Shown here: positions 15,224-29,020 of the stretch, in pieces
How the letters are laid out: each line of letters opens with the position of its first letter
Position numbering within the stretch: the first letter of the stretch is position 1
Source: the human T2T-CHM13v2.0 reference genome, Homo sapiens
Strand: one strand, 5' to 3'
Length of the DNA stretch: 64,000 bases
Assembly: GCF_009914755.1 (NCBI RefSeq)
Contig: NC_060929.1
Made by a program: the position numbers and the translations under genes
The notes under the pieces: model-generated
What the model was told of the DNA's origin: nothing
Database searches by the model: none
What the model saw: only the letters and a program-made list of their open reading frames with translations

Positions 15224-16790
15224 AGCCAATCTGAAAATGATACATACTATACGACTCCAATCATATAGCATTTTGGCAAAGGAAAACTTACAGAGACAAT
15301 AATAAATCGGTAATTACCAGGCATTCTGGGGAAGTGGAGCTTTGAATGTGTGAGGCACAGAACATGTTTCAGAGGTTTGCAACTATTCTGTATAATACTA
15401 TAATTTGGGTACACAACATTTACATTTGTCAAAATCCATAGAACTTTACAGCTCAAATTTATGTATACAAATTTTTAAATTATCATTTAGGAGGTAAGGG
15501 GAAATCCCAGAATAGAATGCACAAGATGACAAACAAACTGTATTACAAATGGGTGAAGCAATCTCACTGAAGTGAGTTGGGAAAAAATGTGCTAATCTAG
15601 TAAGATGGAAAATGAGTGTAGTATAGGTGTAACTTGAAATTGAGCAACTAATTAAAAGGATGGTCGATGATGGAAGCCAGATTTCTCACTGTTGGAGTGA
15701 GGGAGTACAGGTAAGTAAGAGAAGGAGGCTAGAGTGATCCACATGGTACTGGACTGGAGTTAGAGTTAGTATGAACTTTTGTTATAGTACAGATACAGAG
15801 TGTTGCATGTAGAAATATTTATAGATAATACATGGGTGAGTATATGTACATTTACTTCCCTGTTCTGTCAACTGAGAAGACCTAAAAGCAAGGGCAATTT
15901 AGTGATACTGAGTACATGAAACTCACATAATTTGGTTTTTATTCCATTTTCCAATAAAAAGAACTAGGGCTCTTTGAATAAATGTCTGATTTTAAAACTG
16001 GGGCAGAAATATAACAGCTGAGCCTAAAGAATCTTGTGCCAGAAAGCAAGGAACTGTTAATCACGTATACACACACACTCAAAATTATCAGAGTGTGTCA
16101 AAAGGCCCTAAGAGGCAAAAGAAAGTGGTTTCAATGGCCAAAGCTGGAATGATTTAAACAACAAAATAAATAAAGTACAACTGGATAATAACCCAAAGCA
16201 TAAAATAAAAATTCATGATTTCACTCTGATATAAATAAAATATTTAATAAATGAACAAATAACTGAGAAAGACAAATGTACCATGCAGAAGAATTCAAAA
16301 TAACTTATGTGGATACTCTGCTCTCAAAGAGCTGGACTGGAAGCCTTCACTTTTAGGTGTGGGCTCTGAATCGTCACTTCCTTCCAAAGAATACAGTATG
16401 AAAAGGGGGAAAAAGTGAAACTACTGTCTAGAAACCTGATCAACACTAGCTCGACCAGGTAATGTTAACATTGATCTGTCATGTTGATTGTACATACATT
16501 TAATATGATATGATAAAAATATCACCTTATGTCATAGGAATTCCTTCTGAAAACACATAATCTTAGTCTAATCATGAGTAAAACATTGGAAAAATCCTAA
16601 TTGAGGGTCTTTCTACGAATACTTGACCAGTACTCCCCAAAATTCTCAAGGTTTTCAAAAACCAGAAGTCTGAGAAAATACGATACCCAACAGGAACCTA
16701 AGGAAAATATGACTACTAAATATAACGTAGTATTCTGGATAACATCTTGAAAGAAAAAAATGATGTTAAGTTAAAAAAAAAACTAAGAAA

Positions 16791-17524
<734 letters not shown>

Positions 17525-17595
17525 TACTATATTCATGTAAGATGTTAATAGGGAAAACTGGGTCTAGGGTATACAAGAATTCTATATACTATCAT

Positions 17596-17720
17596 AACAG
17601 TCTGAAGGTCTGTGCCCTCACAAAATTTGTAAGTTGAAATCCTAATCCCGGATGTGAGGGCATTAGGAGGTGGACACTTTGAGAGGTGATTAAATCATGA
17701 GAGTGAAAACCCCATGAATC
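17596..17720 (+). mobile_element. MLT1A-like LTR 5' fragment
   Basis: GTTGAAATCCTAATCCC..TTAGGAGGTGG..TTTGAGAGGTGATTAAATCATGAGAGTG. Confidence 0.75.
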
Positions 17721-18514
17721 AATTTATATATGCATATGCATATATGTATATATACATATAAATTAATAGGGCTTCAGATATTTGTATTATATGCTTTAAA
17801 ACCACTATATTTCCTTTGGTTAAAGATATAAAAAGAAAAATAAGAATGTTGTTAGATAACTAAAAAATATAAATCTTACCAAAATAAAAATTCCAGAACT
17901 TAAAAGTCAAAGCACAGAAATTGATTTTTCTGTATATAAGACAAAAACAGAAACAAAGAGAGCACAAAAAAACTATATATAAGTATTAAATCTAAATTAA
18001 TATTGAATGCATGAAACAATAATTATAATTGCATGTGGCATTAAAATATAGAGAAACTCATAGCAAAATAGCCCAAATATAGAAGAAAATGAATAAACTT
18101 AAAAGGGTACTAGGGACCTTGTATTTTTGGAATGATGATAACATAAAATATCCATGCTATATTCTCTACTAAGAAAATGAAATAGTGAAAAATGTCCAGT
18201 TTAATTAAAGTTAAAATAGGAGAGAGAAAAAAGAAGTAGGTAGGGCAAAGAAAGACCATGAATAAAATACTATAATAAGATAATAAATAAATAAGATCAT
18301 AAAAAATAAATAAGATAATAAAAAGAACATAAATAAGATACTTAAAACCAAATATAGCAGTAATTATATTAAGCCATTATGGCCTAAATGCTCTAAATAA
18401 AATCAAAGTATTATTAGAGCAGACTACAAAAGGTAAAACTAAACAATACTACAGTCTGTTTTTAAAATTCAGATCTAAAATATGTGGATACAAAAAGGTT
18501 AAAATCAAAAGTAT

Positions 18515-21500
18515 TACCTAAGGAGTTCTTCAGTCAGAAACAAAAGGATGTTAGTGAACAATAAGAAGTCATCTGAAGGTTCAAAACTCACTAGTAATAG
18601 TAAGTATACAAAACAGACCATTCTAACACTGTAATCATGGTGTGTAAACTACTCATATCTTGAGTAGAAAGATGAACCTATTGGGAGATGAAGTTAAAGT
18701 GTGAGTTTAATATTTTACTAGTTTTCTCTTTGCTTGTTTGCTAGTTTGTTTAGTCAATCATTGTTAAGTTGTCATAATTTAAAATAATGGGTTATAAGAT
18801 GTTATTTGCAAGTCTCACAGTAACCTCAAATCAAAATACATACAACAGATACACATAAAATAGAAAGCAAGAAATTAAAATACACAATATGAGAAAATAA
18901 TCTTCACTGAAAGAAAGGCAGAAGGGAAGAAAAGAAGTATGAGAAGCCCACAAAACAACCAGAAAACAAATACTAACATAGCAGAAGTGAGTTCATACTT
19001 ATTCTTTCATTGGAGAGTTTAGTTTGTTTACATTCAGTAAGTATGTATGTATGTATATTTATCAAATGTTAATGAACTAAACTCGCCAATGAAAAGACAT
19101 AGAGTAGCTGAATTAAAAAAAGAGAACAAATGACACAATGATCTGTTGCCTGCAAGAACCACATGTCACCCATACAGACAAATACAGAATGAATATAAGG
19201 AGATGGAAAAATATATTCCATATTAGTAGAAACCAAAAAAGAGCTGGAGTAACTACACTAATTTTGGAAAAAATAGATTTCAAGACAAAAACTATAAAAG
19301 ACAAACAAGTTTATTATATAATAATGAAGCAGTCAATTCAGCAAGAGGTTATAACCCTTATAAATACATATGCATCCAACACTGGAGAACTCAAATACAC
19401 AAAGCTAATATTATTAAAGAGGAACATTGACCCCCATACAGTAACACCTGGAGACTTCAACACCCCAGTTTCAGCATTGGACCAATCAGGCAGAAAGTCA
19501 ACACCAAAAACAAAAAATCAGACTTAATCTGCACTATAGACCAAATGGACCTAAGAAATATTCACAGATTATATCCAGAGGCGGCAGAATACACATTCTT
19601 CTTTCCTCTCAACACATCCACCATTCTCAAGGATAGACCACATAGTAGGCTGCAAAAGATACTTAATTCAAAAACCCTAAAATTATACTAAATATATTCT
19701 CTGAACACAATGGAATAAAATCAGAAATCAATAACAAGAAGAAATTTGGAAACTAACATACACACAGAACTTAAACAATAAGCTGCTGAATGACTAGAGC
19801 ATCAATGAAGAAATTAAATAGAAAATTTTAAAATTTCCTGAAACATATGAAAATGAAAACATGACATACAAAATCTATGAGATACAGTGAAAACAGTAAT
19901 ATAGCAATAACTGCCTGCATCAAAAAAGTAGAGAAACTTCAAAAAACCTAATGCTGCATCTTAAAAAACTAGAAAAGTAAAAGCAAATCAAAGCCTAAAT
20001 TAGTAGAAAAAAAGAAAGATCACAGCAGAAATAAATGAATTTGAAATGAGAAAAGCAATACAAATATAAATAAAATAAAAAGTTGGCTTTTTGAAAAAGT
20101 AAAATAATTGACAAATATTTAGCCAGACTAACCAAGAAAAAAAGACATAAGAGGCAAATAAAATCAGAAATGAAAAGGGAGACAGTGCAATTAATACCAC
20201 AGAAATTCAAGGGATAATTAGAGACTACTATAAGGAACTATATATGTCAATTAAATGTAAAACCTAGAAGAAATGAATAAATTCCTAGAAATATACAACC
20301 TACCAAGAGATCAAAGTTATGACAAAAAGTCTCCCAGTGGAGAAAAGCCTGGAACCCAGTGGTTTCACTGTTAAATTGTAACAAAGATTTAAAGAAGAAC
20401 TAATACAAATTCTATCCAAACTATTCCAAAAAGTAGAAGAGGGAATATTATCCAAATCATTCTGTGAAGCCAGTTTACTGTGGTGCCAAAACCAAAGACA
20501 TATCAAACAAAGGCCTGTATCCCTGTTGATCACTGATATGAAAATCTGCAGTAAAATACTAGCAAACTGAATCCAACAACACATTAAAAAGATTATTTAT
20601 CATGAACACATGTGATTTATACCCAGGATGCAAGGATGGCTCAACATATACAAATCAATCAATGTGAAACATCCTATCAACATAATAAAGAAAAGAACAT
20701 AGGATCATTTCAATTTATGAAGAAAAAGCATTTGATAAAAATCAGCATCCTTTCGTGTTTTAAAAAAAACTGCATATAGAAGGAACAAATCACATAATAA
20801 AAAGCCTTATACCACAGACTTACAGCTAGTATTATACTGAATAAGAAAAAATTGAATTCCTTTTCTCTCGGACCTGAAAAAAGGCAAGGATGCCAACTTT
20901 CATCACTGTTATTTTTTTCTAGGACCTGAAAAAAGGCAGGGATGCCAACTTTCATCACTGTTATTCAACATAGTAGTGGAAGTCCTAGCTACAACAATCA
21001 AACAAAAGAAAGAAATAAGGGGCACCCAAATTGGAAAGGAACAAGTCAAATTATTCTTTCTAGCTTGCAGATGATATGATCTTATATTTGCAAAAACCTA
21101 AAGACTACATCAAAAAAATAAGGACCGAAAAACAAATTTTGTAAAGTTGCAGAATACAAAACCAACATACAAAAAATCAATAGCATATCTACATGCCAAC
21201 AGTGAATAATCTGAAAAAAGAAATCAAGAAGTTAAAGTTATTTATAATAGCTACAAATAAAATGAAATACCTAAGAATAAACTTAACTAAAGAAGTGAAT
21301 GATCTCTACCATGTAAACTATATAACATTGATTCAAAAATTTGAAGTGCACTCAAAAAATTGGAAAGATATTCTGTTAATGGAGTAGAATAATTAATATA
21401 GTTAAAATGTTCTTAATACCCAAAGAAATCTACATGTTCCATGAATCCCTATCAAAATATCAATGACATTCTTCACAGACATATGAAAAACAATCCTAAA

Positions 21501-22410
21501 ATTTGTATGAAATCACAAAAGACCCAGAATAGCCAAAGCTATCCTGAACAAAAAGAACAAAACTAGAGGAATCACATTACTTGATTTCAAATTATACTAC
21601 AGAGCTATACCAACCAAAACTGTGTGGTACTGACACAAAAACAGACACATAGGCCAATGGAATAGAATAGAGAACCTAGAAATAAACCCATATGCCTAGA
21701 GTAAATTCATTTTTAATACAAGTGCCAAAAACATAAATTGGAGTAGAATAGTCTCTTCAATCAATGGTGCTGGGAAAACTGGATATCCAAATGCAGAAGA
21801 ATGAAGCGAAACCCCTATCGCTTGCCACACACAAAAATCAAATAAAAAAGGATTACAGATGTAAATCTAATATCTTAACCTATAAATCTACTAAAAGAAA
21901 ACTTTGGGGAGACTCTACAGGACGTTGATCTCGGCAAAGATTTCTTGAGTAATACCCCACAAGCACAGGTAATCAAAACAAAAATGGACAAATGGGATTA
22001 CATCAAGTGAAAAAGGTTCTGCACAGAAAAGGAAACAATCAACAAAGTCACGAGACAACCCACAGAATCGGAGATAATATTTACAAGCTATCTATCTGAC
22101 AAGAGATTAATAACCAGAATACGAGGACCTCAAACAAATCAATAAGAAAAAATATAACAATTCAATTTTTAAATGGGCAATATATATAAAGAGATATTTC
22201 TCAAAAGAATGCATACAAATGGAAAACAGGTACATGAAAAGGTGCTCAATATCATTGATCATCAGAGACATGCAAATGCGTACTCCAATATATATCATCT
22301 TAACCTAGTTCAAATGGCTTTTATCCAAAAGACAGGCAATAATGAATGCTGAAGAGGATGTGGAGAAAAAGGAACCATTGTACACTGTTGGTCGGAATGT
22401 AAATTAGTAC
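18515..22410 (+). mobile_element. L1MA-type LINE-1: inter-ORF region and most of a decayed ORF2, 3' end missing
   Basis: ORF 19138-19527 is an L1 endonuclease fragment (ICCLQE.H, WKNIFH, QKRAGV, KIDFKTKTI, GDFNTP); RT motif remnant TTGCAGATGATATGATCTTATAT (FADDMI region) near 21065; many stops and frameshifts. Confidence 0.95.
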
Positions 22411-22572
22411 AAATGACATGTGTATTTATCTTATAACATAGTTTCAAAATATGTAAAATAAATAGAACTGAAAGGAGGAACTTAAAAATTCCATGTATTA
22501 TCATTAAAAGAAAAACACACAGTAAAAAGTAAAAGCATCGACAAACTTAACACAAGAAACATGTACGGAACA

Positions 22573-23027
22573 TATGAAAGGAAAATATCTTGGGGCCCCA
22601 AAATCACTCAGGAAAACTCCAGCTGGAAACTTCTTAGGGCAAACCTGTCTCCCATTCTATTCAAAGTTATCCCTCTGCTCACTGAGATAGATGCATATCT
22701 TTTTTCCTCCTTTGGAAAGGCTAAGCAGAAACTCTAAAGAATAAAAGCATTTTGTCTCACCTATTTGTGACCCAGAAGATCCCTTCCTACTTCAAGTCTC
22801 CCTTCCCTTGTTTCAAGATGTCCCACCTTTCCAGATAGAACCAATGGACTTCTTACATAGACTGATGTCTCATGTCCCCCTAAAATGTATAAAATCAAGC
22901 TATTCCCTGACCACCTTGGGCACATGTCATCAGGACTTCCTGAGGCTGTGTCACGGGCACGTCCTCAACCTTGGCAAAATAAACTTTCTAAATTAATGAG
23001 AACTGTCTCAGATTTTTTGGGTTCACA
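22573..23027 (+). mobile_element. MER4A-type solo LTR (ERV1)
   Basis: TATGAAAGGAAAATATCTTGGGGCCCCAAAATCAC..CCCTGACCACCTTGGGCACATGTCATCAGGAC..AATAAA..GGGTTCACA; 4-bp TSD AACA/AACA. Confidence 0.92.
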
Positions 23028-23212
23028 AACATCACACCCACAACTTCAGAATAATTTTCAAGCTCAAATGTAATATCTATTACATGCAAAACCATTGTTT
23101 TCATGACAAAAAAACAAGTCTCGACAAATTTTAAATCATGAAAATCTACATTTCGATTAGAAATAAAGATAATAAAAAGAGTATCATATTTTTGGTATTT
23201 AAGGATTGTACC

Positions 23213-23711
23213 TGTGTTACTCAGGGTTCTCCAGATAAACCAAACCTAAAGATATGTACTTGTGTCTTTGTGTGTGCATTTCACCATGGAGAATATTTCC
23301 AGCAAAGCTGTAAACTCTTCTTGCTCTTTTCCTGATCAAAGAGAATATTTATGTAAGTATCTCATTACAAAGGCTGAGAAGTCCTGTGATTTGCAACCTG
23401 CAAGCTAGAGAACCAGGAGAGCCAGTGGTGTCATTCAGTTTGAATTCAAGGGCCTGAGAACCAGAAAATGGAAGTCCTTGCTCAAGAAAAGAAAGCAAAC
23501 ATGCACTTCCTCTACCTTTTTGTTCAATTCAAGCCCTCAACCAGTTGAATGATACCCACCCACACTGGGAAGGGTGGCTCTTATCTCAGTCTATAGATTC
23601 AAAGATTAATGTCTTCTGGAAACACCTACCAGACTTACCTCAAAATAATGTTTTGCCAGCTATGTAGGCATCCCTTAGCAGTCAAATTGACCCTTAAAAT
23701 TAACCTTCGCA
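23213..23711 (-). mobile_element. MLT2 (C/D-like) solo LTR (ERVL)
   Basis: TGTGTTACTCAGGGTTCTCCAGA..GGCTGAGAAGTCC..GTCAAATTGACCCTTAAAATTAACCTTCGCA; 5-bp TSD GTACC/GTACC. Confidence 0.9.
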
Positions 23712-23818
23712 GTACCTGTAAGTATACCAGAGTTAAATTAAATTTTAGTTGATTAATAATGAAATTATGAAATGTGAACACATATTAAACACAGGCAAAT
23801 AAGCCTGTGTGTAATAAG

Positions 23819-24261
23819 TGTGAACCCCCAAAATTTGAGAGAGGTGTCAGTTATGTTAGAAAGTTGATTTTACCAAGATTGAGGATGCGCACCCATGACC
23901 CAGCCTCAAGAAGTCCTGATTACATGTGCCCAAGGTGGTTAGGGCACAGCGTGGTTTCATATATTTTAGGGAGACATGAGACATCAATCAATATATGTAA
24001 GAAGTACGTTGGTTCTATCCAGAAAGGCAAGGACAAACTCCAGGGAAGGAGCTTCCAGGTCACAGACAGGTGAGAGAAAAATGGTTGTACTCTTCTGAAT
24101 TTCTGATTAGCCTTTCCAAAGGAGGCAATCGGAATATGCATTCAGCCATAAGGGGGATAATTTTAAATAGAATGGGAGGAGGTTTGCCCTGAGAAGTTTC
24201 CTGCTTGAATTTTCCTTTTAGCTTAGTGATTTTTGCAGGCCCAAGATATTTTCCTTTCGCA
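23819..24261 (-). mobile_element. MER4A-type solo LTR (ERV1)
   Basis: TGTGAACCCCCAAAATTTGAGA..CATGTGCCCAAGGTGGTTAGGG..CCAAGATATTTTCCTTTCGCA; 4-bp TSD TAAG/TAAG. Confidence 0.92.
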
Positions 24262-24964
24262 TAAGAAATGCAATAAACTACTTGTGTTTAAAAGGCAAGA
24301 ATCACAAAATCAATAACTAAGCATAAGCCCATGGAATTAAAGAGAGAAAAATAAACAGACAAAGAAAGGAGGAAATGAATGTAAATACAAAAATTAATGA
24401 AATAGGGAAAATAGACCAGAGAGAATCAACAAAGGCAAAAAAAAATAATATTAGCAACATTTTAAGAAAACAGGAGGTTGTTTGATGTCTGGTGATATGA
24501 ATCAAGAAGAAATAAGAAAAATTGGACAAACTAATGACAGAAACATGAAAGATAACTACAGATTATTCAGACAATAAAAAGCATTAAAAAGTGATCTAAT
24601 GCATAATTTTGTGCCCATAAAAAATACACAAAAAGGGTGAAATTCTTAGCATTAATTTAAATAATCCTCTTTCTAGTGAGATTATTAATGCTATACTACC
24701 AAAATAAATCTCAAAAGAAAATAGATAGTCCCAGTTAGCTTTCTTCAGCAGAGAGAAGCAGCAAACTGTATTGTCAAAGTTACGGTTATTTCTTTATTTA
24801 AATAATAAAAGACTTTGTGTTCCTTCTTTCTTTTCATTATTCTATGTCTGAACTTTGCTCACTGGAAAAGCATTCTTCCCCAACTTTATTTCTAAGAAAG
24901 CATTGATGTGTTAATTGTCATTAACAACTGGTAATAATTGGAAAATTTTTAAGGTACTTTCTTT

Positions 24965-25360
24965 CATAGGTTCTTTTGGTTGTTTCCCCTGAAACAGAGA
25001 CTGAGACCGAAATGTTTGTTGAGTAAGTACAAGAGTGTTCTTAGAAAGGAAGCGAGAATTCTCAGAAAGGGAAGGAAAAAAACATCTAAGCAAGGATCAG
25101 CCTGATACCATAGAGAAATTTAAAGCTGAATTTTGTCAAAAAATAATTTTTTTCCCATGTATCAGGGACCTGTCCTTTTCTCCCTTGTGGAGGGTGGAGG
25201 GTGAGTACTAGAGATGACAGAGCCTTACTGGCTGGTGAGGAAGATCTTGTTTGGACAGGGTACCTCTTTAAAGAGCGCAGCCATCACTCACAGCAACTAG
25301 TAAACAGGGCATGGGCTGGTTAGTGGTTAGCAGAGTCTAGAAGGAAACCAAGAGCATCCT
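24965..25360 (-). mobile_element. Highly diverged ERVL LTR (LTR16-like)
   Basis: GGTTGTTTCCCCTGAAACAGAGACTGAGAC resembles the LTR16 terminus and the local GC content is raised. Weak match. Confidence 0.4.
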
Positions 25361-25868
25361 TATCCAGGAGCAACACAAAAACAATGAGCATACTTTTCTT
25401 TCTCACTTCAAGCATACATTCTAGAGGACATCCTGAAACCTCTCAAGGCAGAATTTCATGGAATTTTGTCCTAAAGTCATCTTCTAATCTTTCCCAGGTC
25501 TTGCAGTGTTTATTCATTTAATTCTTATCAACAAATGATATTCTCCCAATATTCTATGAATTTTTAAGTGCCTATATGTGCTTTTCTGTATTTCCAATAT
25601 GACCTCCCTGACAATTTGGATATTTTAATAACACTTATTTCAGGGACTGTGGAAGGATTGTCACACAGTTTTATAGTGTGAAACTTCTAGTTTATTTAAT
25701 ATTTATAGCAAGCCATTCAGACCATGTCTTACCTTTTAAAATGCTGGGATATTATCTGTAAAGCTGTGCAAAAGCAAGGGTAAAGCATAGTCAAGCATCC
25801 ATAAGAAGATGAATGTTCTTGTTTCCAAATGCACACTTCCACCCACACATACACAGGCACTCACACAC

Positions 25869-28151
25869 TGGATTATTTTGTTTTCACGCTGCTGATAAAG
25901 ACATACCTGAGACCGGGCAATTAAAAAATAAAGAGGTTTAATTGGACTTAGAGTTCTACGTGGCTGGGGAAGCCTCACAATCATGGTGGAAGGCAAGGAG
26001 GAGCAAGTCATATCTTACACAGATGGCAGCATGCAGAGAGAGAATGAGGAAGATGCAAAAGTGGAAACCCCTGATAAAACCACACTTATTCACTACCATG
26101 AGAACAGTATGGGGGAAACCATCCCCATGATTCAGTTATCTCTCAACTGGTCCCTCCCACAACAGGTGGGAACTATGGGAGTATAATTCAAGATGAGATT
26201 TGGGTGGGGACACAGAGCCAAACAATATCATTTCACCCCTGGCCCCTACCAAATCTTACGTCCTCACATTTCAAAACCAATCACGCTTTCCCAATAGTCC
26301 CTCAAAGTCTTAACTCATTTCAACATTAACTCAGAAGTCCACAGTCCAAAGTTTCATCTGAGACAAGGCAAGTCTCATCCACCTATGAGCCTGTAAAATC
26401 AAGGCAAGCTAGTTATTTCCTAGACACAATGGGGGTACAATCATTGGGTAAATACAACCATTTCAAATGGGAGAAATTGGCCAAAACAAAGGGGCTACAG
26501 GGCCCATGCAAGTCTGAAATCCAACAAGGCAGTCAAATCTTAAAGCTCCAAAATGATTTCTTTCACTTCATGTCTCACATCCAGGTCCTGTTGATGCAAG
26601 AAGTGGGTTCCCATGGTCTTGGGCAGTTCTGCCTCTGTGGCTTTGCAGGGTACAGCCTCCCTCCCAGTTACTTTTATGGGCTTGTATGGAGTGTCTATGG
26701 CTTTTCCAGGCACATGGTGCAAGTTGTTGGTAGATCTACCATTCTGGGGTCTGGAGGATGGTGGTCCTTTTCTCACAGCTCCACTAGGCAGTGCCCCAGT
26801 AGGGACTCAGTGTGGGGGTTCTGACCCCACATTTTCCTTCTGCACTGCCTTAGCAGAGGTTTTCCATGAGAACCCTGCCCGTGCAGCAAACTTCTGCCTG
26901 GGTATCCAGGCATTTCCATGTATTTTCTGAAATCTAGGCGGTGGTTCCCAAACCTCAATTTTGACTTCTGTGTACCCACAGACTCAACATCACATGGAAG
27001 CTGTCAAGGCTTGGGGCTTGCACCATCCAAAGCCACTGCTCAAGTTGTATGTTGGCCCCTTTCAGCCACCACTGGAGTGGCTGGGACGCAGGGCGCCAAG
27101 TCCCTAGGCTGCACACAGCACAGGGACCCTGGGCCCAGCCCAGGAAACCTCTTTTTTCTTCTAGTCCTCTGTGCCAGTAATGGGAAGGGCTACCGTGAAG
27201 ATGTCTGACATGCCCTGGAGACATTTTTCTCATTGTCTTGGGGATTAGTATTCAGCTTCTTGATACTTATGCAAATTTCTACAGCCTGCTTGGATTTCTC
27301 CTCAGAAAATGGGATTTTCTTTTTTATCACATTGTCAGGCTATGAATTTTCCAAACTTTTATGCTTTTCCCTTTTAAAACTGAATGCCTTTAACAGCACC
27401 CAAGTCACCTCTTGAATGCTTTGCTGCTTAGAAATTTCTTCTGCCAGATACCCTAAATCATCTCTCTCAAGTTCAAAGTTTCACAAATCTCTAAGGCAGG
27501 GGTAAAATGCTGCCAGTCTGTTTGCTAAAACACAACAAGAGTCATCTTTACTACAGTTTCCAACAAGTTCCTCATCTTCATCTGAGACCACCTCAGCCTG
27601 GACCTCATTGTCCATATCACTATCAGCATTCTGGGCAAAGCCATTCAACAAGTCTCTAGGGAGTTCCAAAATTTCCCACATTTTCCTGTCTTCTTCTGAG
27701 CCCTGCAAACTGTTCCAACCTCTGCCCTTTACCCAGTTGCAAAGTCACTTCCACATTTTCAGATATCTTTTCAGCAATGCCCCACCCTACTGGTACCAAT
27801 TTACTGTATTAGTTTGTTTTCATGCTGCTGAAAAAGACATACCTGAGACTGGGAAATTTACAAAATAAAGAGGTTTAACTGGATTTACAGTTCCACATGG
27901 CTGGAAAAGCCTCACAATCATGCTGAAAGGCAAGGAGGAATAAGTCACGTCTTATATGGATGGCAGCAGGCAAAAAGAGAATGAGGATGATGCAAAAGGA
28001 AAACCATCAAATCTTGTGAGACTTATTCACTACCAGGAGAACAGTATTGGGGAAATCATCCCCATGATGCAATTATCTCCCACCAGATCCCTCCCACAAG
28101 ATATGGGAATTATGGGAGTACAATTCGAGATTTGGGAGCCAAACCATATCA
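25869..28151 (-). mobile_element. THE1A complete MaLR provirus (LTR 25869-26230, internal 26231-27804, LTR 27805-28151)
   Basis: Two direct LTRs (TTTTCA[C/T]GCTGCTGA.AAAGACATACCTGAGAC..GAGAATGAGGA.GATGCAAAAG..A[A/C]CATATCA) flanking about 1.57 kb of THE1-int; TSD CACAC/CACAA. Confidence 0.96.
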
Positions 28152-28319
28152 CACAATTTATGGCAATCTCAACATGGTGAAAACTTTCAAAAGAATTCTA
28201 AACTCTCTGCTCTTTTTCTGCTTAAAGAAAGATTGCATCAAGGTATTCTATCTATCACTTACTTATTTATTCCATTGATTGGGCAGCAGTTAACAATTCC
28301 AATAGTAATGGGATACGAC

Positions 28320-29020
28320 TGTTACGGGTAGTTAGGCAGGCATGAGCAGAACAGGAGAAGACTATTCTCCTCCACCCACTAGGAATGTCAGGTTCCACCG
28401 TTATCACATTACCAGCACCTGGGAGAGACAATCTCCTGCTTATCCACAGCTGTTAACATTAAAGTGTTAATTGAATGCAGGCAGCCCACCTGGAAGAAGA
28501 AAAAGGGATTCCAATAAAATCTCAGGTATTAGGTGAGTGAGCCCAGGCATGGTCATAAGAGACAAAATGGAAGAGAAGGTGGCATGCCCACCTTCCAGGG
28601 GCACTCCACTGGAAAAAGGAAGAAAGCCTCAGATGGGCAAGCATACAACTTCCTAAACACACGGCGTGTGCTCAGTTTCCAAGGGTAAGAAATGCACTGC
28701 GCATGCCGGCAGCCCACCCTCAGGAAAGAATCACGGGAAAGGGATGCAAGATGCTAGCCTATAAAGTCCTAGCATCACAGTTAAATTGGGCATTTGTTCT
28801 TCAAGTCACCCACCTGGATCTCTTCTAAGTGCACTTTCCTTTCTTTCCTGATCTAAAGCTTTTTAATGAACTTCCACTCCTGTTTTAAAACTTGCATTGG
28901 TCGCATTTTCTGCTTTATACCCCTCAGTCAAATTCTTTCTTCTGAGGAGGCAAGAATTGAGGTTGCTGCAGACCCACATGGATTCGCTGCCAGTAACTCA
29001 GATACCTGCCACCAGTAACA
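28320..29020 (+). mobile_element. MER50-like solo LTR (ERV1)
   Basis: TGTTACGGGTAGTTAGGCAGGCATGAGCAG..TATA-like CTATAAAG..CTGAGGAGGCAAGAATTGAGGTTGCTGCAGACCC..CAGTAACA; TSD CGAC/CAAC. Confidence 0.85.

Larger units (their letters stand above)
17800..24740 (+). mobile_element. Very old L1 (L1M) host, surviving in pieces between later insertions
   Basis: ORF2-start-like sequence at 18345-18510 resumes as endonuclease-region sequence at 22411-22572 (ATAACATAGTTTCAAAATATG..GAACTGAAAGGAG), then 23028-23210, 23717-23818 and 24266-24740. Confidence 0.6.

Noticed and set aside
19138-21387. Functional L1 ORF2
   Set aside because: Only short fragments survive, with many stops, a duplication and a missing 3' end.
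25955-25975. PRDM9 hotspot motif in the THE1A LTR
   Set aside because: The reverse complement reads CTTCCCCAGCCAC, not CCTCCCTNNCCAC; the other THE1-type LTRs here also fail to match.
26429-27868. Cluster of overlapping ORFs in THE1A (likewise 39040-40425, 49494-50179 and 59654-60483)
   Set aside because: These are chance or decayed frames in GC-richer MaLR internal and LTR sequence, with no intact retroviral gene.
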